Of a DNA stretch of 64,000 nucleotides, positions 59,600 through 64,000 are shown one piece after another. A program made the translations under genes and the position numbers. How positions within the stretch are numbered: the stretch's first letter is position 1; each line of letters begins with the position of its first letter. This DNA is from the human T2T-CHM13v2.0 reference genome, Homo sapiens. The notes below the pieces were generated by a model. The model saw nothing but the letters and a program-made list of their open reading frames with translations, was not told the DNA's origin and ran no database searches. The stretch is from assembly GCF_009914755.1 (NCBI RefSeq), contig NC_060925.1; one strand, written 5' to 3'.

Positions 59600-60350
59600 A
59601 TCCAGGAGAGTGGGTGCTCCAGATGCTTGGAGATATGCCTGGGACCTGGGCATGGAGCAGAGATAGCCACCCATGCACCAGGATCTCTGCACAGGAATGG
59701 TAGGGTGGCTCAGGCTGCTGTTCCAGATGAGCAGGTGCTCCAAATGCCTGGAGATCTGCCTGGATATGAAGCAGAGATGGGGACCCCTGCACCTGGATCT
59801 CTGCACAGGAAAGGTGGGGCTGTTCAGGCTACCAATCCCAGCAAATGAGTGCTTTGAATGCCTGGAGGTCTTCCTGGCCATAGAGCAGAGAGGCCCTGCT
59901 GCACCACAATATATACCCAGGAAGGGTGGGGCAGGTCAGGCTGCTGAAGCAGGCAAGTGAGTGCTTTGAATGCCTGGAGATCTGCCTGGGTATGAAGTGG
60001 AGAGGACCCACCATGCACAAGAAGGATGGGGTGACTCAGGCTGCTAGTCCATGCAAGCAGGTGCTCCAAATGCTTGGAGATCTGCCTAAGCGTGCAGTAG
60101 AGAGGGCCCTACTGCACCATAATCTATGCATAGAAAGGGTGTAGGTTGGTTTAGCCTGCTGATCCTTGGAAAGGGATGCTCTGAATACCTGGAGATCTGC
60201 CTGGGTATGAAGCAGAGAGGGCCCTGCTGCACTATGATCAATGTCCATGAAGGGTAGCGTGGCCCAGGCTGCTGGTCCAGGCAAGTGGGTGCTCCAAATT
60301 TCTGGATTTATGCCTGAGGTGGAGTGGAGAGGGCCCTGCTGCACCACGAT
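59600..60350. repeat. About 7 diverged ~100-120-bp tandem units in the L1 5'UTR
   Basis: GTGCTYYRAATGCYTGGAGATCTGCCTGG-like motif at ~59614, 59735, 59850, 59961, 60061, 60176 and 60290. Confidence 0.85.
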
Positions 60351-60723
60351 CTTAGGAGAGCTTGCTGGGGTACCCAGCAGTGATATACATAGACTGGTTT
60401 CAGGTCATGAAGCTGGCCCTGGCTGCACGTCTCATTGTCCGGGAGAAAGTGCAGCTGTAGCAGCTCTCCCCACGCATCCAAGGCCTGCAGTGGGGGAAAG
60501 CACAGTTCCAACACCCCAGTTAGCTTCAGGGATTAGGAGCAACAATGTTCTATTCCTTGGCCTGGGTTGCTCAGATGCCCAGGGAAAAAGTGTCACAGAG
60601 AGAGGCTCTCTGCCTTTCTTGCATACTGGGGCCTCACTCACTTTTATCAGCCTGTGTTCTCCTTCCCAGGCTCTGGGTGTCGTTTATGATTCCACTGGGT
60701 TTCTGTTTTCCTTCCTGAATTAA

Positions 60724-61050
<327 letters not shown>

Positions 61051-61234
61051 CACAGTTGATCTTTATGCACTATCTTGATATTTCCAAGTGGCTGATGCAT
61101 GCTAAAAGCCTCTAATCAACCATGTTGGGGGGAAAAAGATGCCACATTATCTTTATCATTCACTTTATTTTCTCTGTCACACGTATACATACTGTTTTCC
61201 TGAAATATTTAAGATTAGTTTGCATACTTCATAC

Positions 61235-61503
61235 TTTTTTTTTTTTTTTTTTTCTGAGACAGTCTTGCACTCTCGCCCAGGCTGGAGTGCAGTGGTGCAA
61301 TCTTGGCTTACTGCATCCTTAGCCTCCCGAGTAGCTGGTACAATAGGCACCCACCACCAGGCCTGGCAAATTTTTGTATTTTTAGTAGAGACAGGGTTTC
61401 ACCATGTTGGCCAGGCTGGTCTCGAACTCCTAATCTCAGGTGATCCATCCACTTCAGCCTCCCAAAGTGTTGGAATTACAGGCGTGAGGCACCGCGCCTG
61501 GCC
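61235..61503 (-). mobile_element. Alu with an internal deletion
   Basis: Reverse Alu lacking ~30 nt of the right arm. Confidence 0.9.
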
Positions 61504-61555
61504 ACCCTTTTACCTCTTAGTACTTCTGCGTTTCTTAAAAACAAAGTTTTTTTAT

Positions 61556-62345
<790 letters not shown>

Positions 62346-63541
62346 TTTTTGTTTTTTTACTTTTTTCTAATTAATGTCTTTGTAGGAAATTTAAAAATAT
62401 ACAGGTAAGCTAAAGTTAGGGAAAAATTGTCATAAACCTAGCGATAACCACATTTTAGTGTATGTTGGTTCATCTCTCTTCTTTATGTTATAATAATGAT
62501 TACCAAAAAGGACTATACCTTAAATACTGTTTGGTAAATTGCTTCATTCATTTAGCAGTATATTATAAATATTTTTTTCATGTGTCATTAAGTATTACAG
62601 TATTTTAATGGCTGCATAGTTTTCCATTGTGTAGCAGTCACTTGCCTATAGATTGTTCTGTGATGTTCAGTTTAGCCTCACATTCCAGGTACAAGAGATC
62701 CTTAGTGGCTGTCCCCTAGGGGTTAGGGAATCTCTTAAACCCAGGAGCCTCCAAGCATGGAATCTTGATGTCTGTCTTATCCCATCAGCACTGCCATGTT
62801 GTTTTTCTGTTCTGCTGTTCCACACTAATATGCTATGTTCCTTTCTCTGACCATTCCTAGGTCCACAGTAGCACACTTTTGTCAAATATTTAAACCTATT
62901 TCTGATTCACTTGGGTTGTTTTCATGCTTTAACTGCTAATATTGTATCCAGATGTTGGTTTTCTTGTTTGTCTTATTGCAAATATAGGCTATAATGAGTT
63001 AAGTGAACTTTTATGGGGTAGTCTTCTGAGTAGAGCATCTGGCCAAAATACCTCATACCCACCAAAAACAAAAACACAAAATATTTGGAGAGCACAGTTT
63101 ATCTTTTTATTTGGAACTTCTTTGCTATTACCTGAATTTCTAGTTAACCTATATTCGTATTTTGGGTCAGGTATCTTAGGAGATCTCAGCTCTTGTCTAT
63201 TAGGATTACTTAGCAAATTATCTTAGTGAACTTTCTGTACAGGAGATAAAGCATAACCTTTAAATGCATTATTTTATAGATTTTTCTCCCTTTAATATTT
63301 AATCATTTGAAAGTCTCTCTTCTACAAGTTGTTTAGTTTCAAGCTGTTCAGGTATATGGAAATATAACCTTTCTGTATAGATGTGGGACAGTTTACAAAT
63401 GAATCAGCCCATACTTTCATAGTTTAGTTCAAATGTGACAAAATTATATTTGGAAGACTTAGGTGTAGAATCTCTTTTTATTGACTGAAGGCAAAACAAT
63501 TTTAACTTAAGTGAATGAAGTAACTTTGTTATTTTTAAACA

Positions 63542-63853
<312 letters not shown>

Positions 63854-63892
63854 TGAGAAATAACGTCTGCTATTTTATAGATGATGATGTAA

Positions 63893-64000
63893 TAGTGATA
63901 CCCTGTCTCTAAAAAAATGTAAACAGTTAGCTGGGCATGGTGGTGCACACCTCAGCTACTCAGAAAGCTGAGGTGGTGGGAGGATTGCTTGACCCCAGGA
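63893..64000 (+). mobile_element. Alu fragment running off the window
   Basis: ACCCTGTCTCTAAAA...TTAGCTGGGCATGGTGG. Confidence 0.8.

Noticed and set aside
59600-60350. Regularly spaced repeats resembling a CRISPR array
   Set aside because: Eukaryotic L1 5'UTR context; the spacers are homologous to each other; no cas genes

Overview
Human (primate) genomic DNA, mostly interspersed repeats (about 35 Alus, old and primate L1s, MIR/L2, DNA transposons, ERV LTRs). A CpG-island promoter at ~15.5-17.1 kb drives a + strand gene whose non-coding first exon ends at 16141. The rest of the window is its long first intron. The gene is most likely RALGPS2 (1q25), inferred from the intronic PTPN2 processed pseudogene (PTPN2P1, minus strand, ~37.07-38.56 kb). 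There is no intact conventional CDS, and nearly all ORF-track entries are Alu, L1, microsatellite or CpG-island artefacts. Main observations: (1) phase-compatible minus-strand exon-like segments head-to-head with the promoter, which splice into a 114-aa ORF and continue as decayed exons (candidate lost gene or small ORF); (2) the PTPN2 retrocopy records an exon-2-skipped TC45 transcript; (3) a multi-level nested transposon stack, several levels with readable TSDs; (4) a probable Alu/L1 template-switch chimera; (5) templated-insertion scars, including a 30-bp pre-miRNA-sized hairpin; (6) a triplicated Alu-arm/polypurine unit. Repeat subfamily names are from recall of consensus sequences, and repeat boundaries are approximate unless a TSD is cited.
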